Translations under genes and position numbers: made by a program
Notes under the pieces: model-generated
Database searches by the model: none
What the model saw: the letters and a program-made list of their open reading frames with translations, nothing else
What the model was told of the DNA's origin: nothing
In this document: positions 60,829 to 64,000 of the stretch, piece by piece
Numbering within the stretch: the stretch's first letter is position 1
Layout of the letters: each line of letters begins with the position of its first letter
NCBI GenBank assembly: GCA_048887225.1
Contig: JBHLJY010000012.1
Location: forward strand, 1-64,000
Reading direction: 5' to 3'
DNA length: 64,000 nucleotides
Source: Candidatus Hodarchaeota archaeon
GTDB lineage: Archaea > Asgardarchaeota > Lokiarchaeia > Sigyniarchaeales > SOKP01

Positions 60829-62226
60829 CTATTCTACGCCATCCCAGCAATAAGTGCACAGTTTTTCTTTTGGTAGACCAATAGCTTTAACTAAATCTTC
60901 GAGTCTCTGGTATTTTAATGTCGTCAATTGCAATTTTTTACGGATAACATCAACCATGGCTTTATAATTGTCAGATTCTGGGTCGGTATACTCGGCAGGA
61001 TCGTCGTTATCACTTCCAGTGAGTTTTTTAATGGCCCATCGTCCCGCCAAATCTAACTCAGAACGAGACCGGGAGAAATTAAGGAATTTACAGCTATAAA
61101 TAAGCGGAGGGCATGCTGGTCTCATATGAACCTCCTTGGCACCTGAATCATATAGTCTTTGAATTTGTTTTCGAAGTTGCGTCCCTCTCACGATTGAATC
61201 TTCACAGAAAAGTAAACGTTTATCCTTAATGAGTTCTTTAATCGGGATGAGTTTCATTTTCGCAACTAGGTCCCTAATAGATTGTATGTGAGGCATGAAG
61301 CTTCGAGGCCACGTCGGGGTGTATTTTACATAAGGTCGTGAATAAGGAATTTTTGCTTCATTTGCATAACCCACACCATGCGCAGTTCCAGAATCTGGGA
61401 TGCCCGCCACGAGGTCAATTTCCACATTATCATTCTTTGCTAAATATGAGCCGCATTTATAACGGACAGCTTCCACATTAATTCCCTCGTAATTAGATGC
61501 GGGATATCCATAATATACCCATAAAAAAGCACAAATTTGCAATCGGTTGCCAGGAGCGATTTTCTTTTCGACCCCCTTCTCACTTAATAAAATTACTTCA
61601 CCTGGTCCGAGGTATTCTGTTATTTTATACCCGAGGTTAGGGAATGCACAAGTTTCCATTGCAATGGCATAAGACCCAGGTTTCTCCCCTATGATGAGGG
61701 GTGTTCTACCGAGTTTATCTCGCGCTGCATAGATACCTTCCTCTGTTAAAATAAGCATGGTACACGAGCCATCAATTATATTTTGGGCTTTCTGAATTCC
61801 TTCTTCAAAGGTAGCATTTTGGCCAATTATCATTGCTATCATTTCTGTGGGATTTATTTCCCCTCCACGCATTTCTGAGAAATGTGATCCGCCTTTTAAT
61901 GCTATATTTGCTAGCTCATCTAAATTATTAATTTTCCCAACTGTGGTAATGGCAAATACACCTAACCGTGAGTTGATTATTAAAGGTTGATCTTCATAAT
62001 CACTGATCACACCAATACCTTTATTCCCGTGCATTTTTATAATATCTTTCTCGAATTTTGACCTGAATTGAGTTGTTGTGATGTCTTTGATGAATCTTTG
62101 AAAACCTCCTTCGTTCTTTACTGCCAATCCACCTCTTCTGGTTCCCAGATGAGAATGATAATCTGTCCCATAAAAAAGATCCTTTAAACAATCTTTATCT
62201 GAAAAAACTCCGAAAAGGCCACCCAT
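60829..62226 (-). CDS. purF: Amidophosphoribosyltransferase, variant lacking the N-terminal Cys
   Basis: RD..GRTPL, IPDSG, EDSIVRGT, GAKEVHMR and CTYCW motifs; starts MGGLFG. Confidence 0.9.
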   Translation of the reverse strand: MGGLFGVFSDKDCLKDLFYGTDYHSHLGTRRGGLAVKNEGGFQRFIKDITTTQFRSKFEKDIIKMHGNKGIGVISDYEDQPLIINSRLGVFAITTVGKINNLDELANIALKGGSHFSEMRGGEINPTEMIAMIIGQNATFEEGIQKAQNIIDGSCTMLILTEEGIYAARDKLGRTPLIIGEKPGSYAIAMETCAFPNLGYKITEYLGPGEVILLSEKGVEKKIAPGNRLQICAFLWVYYGYPASNYEGINVEAVRYKCGSYLAKNDNVEIDLVAGIPDSGTAHGVGYANEAKIPYSRPYVKYTPTWPRSFMPHIQSIRDLVAKMKLIPIKELIKDKRLLFCEDSIVRGTQLRKQIQRLYDSGAKEVHMRPACPPLIYSCKFLNFSRSRSELDLAGRWAIKKLTGSDNDDPAEYTDPESDNYKAMVDVIRKKLQLTTLKYQRLEDLVKAIGLPKEKLCTYCWDGVE

Positions 62227-62289
62227 ATCTCATCCACTATATATCTAATTAGAACAATTTCATTTAAATAAAATTATTAATGGATTATA

Positions 62290-62919
62290 TTATTTTCTAC
62301 AATATTTTATAAAGTTCTTATATATCTGAATTCCGTACTTGCTTGATTTTTCTGGGTGGAACTGAGTAGCAATAATATTATCTCTACCAATAATTGAGCA
62401 ATATTCAACTTCTCCATATTTAGTAAGGCCTATAATGAGATCTTTATTTTCAGGATCCGCGTAAAAACTATGGACAAAATAAAAGTAAGAATTATTAGGA
62501 ATTCCTTGAATTAGAAAATTTTCCTTTGTCAAAAATTCGACACTATTCCAGCCAATTTGAGGTATTTTATCTACTTTTGAAATATCAAATGGAATGATGT
62601 CTCCTTTAATCAGATTTAAACCTTCGTGCTCACCCATTTCATAACTTTTTGAAAAAATTAATTGTTGTCCTAAACAAATGCCAAATAATGGTTTTTTCTC
62701 ATTTACTATTTGAGTTATCACAGGAATAAGGTTCTTTTCTTTTAGGTGTCTCATTGCATCGCCAAATGCTCCAACTCCAGGCAAAATCACACCATCAGTA
62801 TCTAATATTACTTTCGAATCATCAGTAATAATGGTATCCACATTCAAATGTTTTAAACATTTATAGATGCTTTTTAAATTCCCCATTTCGTAATCTATAA
62901 TAGCGATATTAAATGGCAT
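62290..62919 (-). CDS. hisH: Imidazole glycerol phosphate synthase glutaminase subunit
   Basis: LPGVGAF, GICLG, YFVHS and QFHPEKS motifs. Confidence 0.95.
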   Translation of the reverse strand: MPFNIAIIDYEMGNLKSIYKCLKHLNVDTIITDDSKVILDTDGVILPGVGAFGDAMRHLKEKNLIPVITQIVNEKKPLFGICLGQQLIFSKSYEMGEHEGLNLIKGDIIPFDISKVDKIPQIGWNSVEFLTKENFLIQGIPNNSYFYFVHSFYADPENKDLIIGLTKYGEVEYCSIIGRDNIIATQFHPEKSSKYGIQIYKNFIKYCRK

Positions 62920-62921
62920 AA

Positions 62922-63737
62922 TTATAACCTCATTGGGATTCCCGCATTTTTACATTGTTCCTTTATAATCGGAATTGGATATTCATTATAATGAAAAATA
63001 GAAGCGGCCAATGCCGCATCTGCTTTACCGATTTTAAAAGCGTCAATAATATGTTGAGGTTTTCCAGCACCTCCAGAAGCTATTATTGGAACGCTTAATT
63101 TTTCACTAAATGTTCTAGTAAGCTCTAAGTCGAAATTATCTTTTGTCCCATCTTTATCCATTGATGTTAATAAAATCTCTCCACTTCCTAGTTCAGTAGC
63201 TTTTTCACCCCATAATACAGCGTCTTTACCAGTGGGCGTTCTACCACCATTGATATAGACTTCCCACCAACAATACTTATCTTCGATTTGAATCACCACT
63301 TTATCCCTTGCTACTTCTGGAGATTCAACATATACTCTTTTTGCGTCAATAGAAGTAACAATACATTGGGATCCAAAAATTTTTGCTCCTTCTTTAATAA
63401 GATCTGGTGTAGTAACTGCAGCAGTATTTAATGAAACTTTATCCGCACCTGCTCTTAAAATTTCTTTAATATCCTCAACATCCCTTAAACCCCCACCAAC
63501 AGTAAATGGGATAAAGACTTGTTCTCCAGTCCTTTCAACCAAATCGATTAGAATTTTTCTTTTATCTGAAGAAGCGGTAATATCTAAAAAAACTAGCTCA
63601 TCTGCTCCCTGATCATCATAAAATGCGCCTAACTCTACAGCATCTCCAGCATCTCTAAGATTAATAAATTTAGTTCCTTTCACAACTCTACCTTTTGTTA
63701 CATCTAAACAAGGAATAATGCGTTTTGTTAAGGGCAT
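62922..63737 (-). CDS. hisF: Imidazole glycerol phosphate synthase cyclase subunit
   Basis: [25 protein letters not shown] and ASGGAG motifs. Confidence 0.96.
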   Translation of the reverse strand: MPLTKRIIPCLDVTKGRVVKGTKFINLRDAGDAVELGAFYDDQGADELVFLDITASSDKRKILIDLVERTGEQVFIPFTVGGGLRDVEDIKEILRAGADKVSLNTAAVTTPDLIKEGAKIFGSQCIVTSIDAKRVYVESPEVARDKVVIQIEDKYCWWEVYINGGRTPTGKDAVLWGEKATELGSGEILLTSMDKDGTKDNFDLELTRTFSEKLSVPIIASGGAGKPQHIIDAFKIGKADAALAASIFHYNEYPIPIIKEQCKNAGIPMRL

Positions 63738-63870
63738 ACTTATTTTTCTTCTCTTTTTTATCTAAATAAATATATCACGCAAATTATTTAGGATTTACTC
63801 TGATATCGATTAAAGTATACCATCTTAATTGATATGACTTGAAAAACTATAAAAAAATAGTTTGTTTTAT

Positions 63871-64000
63871 TTATATTCTCATTGGTACTCCATTTTTCGC
63901 ACAATATTGTTTAACTTCTCTTATAGATATTTCTCTAAAATGAAAGATCGAAGCTGCTAAAGCTGCTGCTGCTTTACCTATTGTAAATGCTTCAAGGATA
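63871..64000 (-). CDS. hisF: C-terminal part of a second HisF paralogue (partial at window edge)
   Basis: [42 protein letters not shown] aligns with the C-terminus of 62922-63737. Confidence 0.85.
   Translation of the reverse strand, partial: ILEAFTIGKAAAALAASIFHFREISIREVKQYCAKNGVPMRI

Noticed and set aside
1-64000. Genome-wide UGA reassignment
   Set aside because: TGA is the true stop of several genes (for example fwdB, fwdG, hdrB), with the next gene following directly

Overview
AT-rich archaeal DNA, most likely an Asgard archaeon of the Lokiarchaeia type. This assignment is inferred from H4MPT C1 genes, the many Hdr/Mvh/FrhB paralogues, a longin/DENN-like gene and a UGA-recoded HdrA. The window is mostly a roughly 50 kb C1/redox island. 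It holds fwdGFDBC with a distant fwdA, a 2-oxoacid:ferredoxin oxidoreductase, metVF, an Mtd-like fusion, lpdA, five hdrA-family genes, two hdrB, two hdrC, one hdrD-like gene, MvhD, three FrhB-like proteins and a NiFe hydrogenase. Housekeeping genes follow (queT, mobA, purF, hisH, two hisF). Three signals stand out beyond the ORF track. (1) The first hdrB is interrupted by a 31-nt insertion that folds with its flanks into a bulge-helix-bulge (BHB) motif. Cutting at the canonical tRNA-splicing-endonuclease positions restores the conserved LGCVIPNRYP, which suggests an mRNA intron in a metabolic gene. (2) The three 'fragments' at 40.3-42.4 kb form one 683-aa HdrA with five in-frame UGA codons. 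All five sit at conserved Cys positions, two are tandem, and a GC-rich structured 3' element follows. (3) Several redox enzymes are fused to HTH domains (HTH-HdrA-MvhD upstream of a tail-less NiFe hydrogenase, FrhB-TrmB), and the nearby promoters are packed with GATC/TGATCGA motifs. No rRNA, tRNA, CRISPR or IS element was seen. All calls were made by eye, without database searches.
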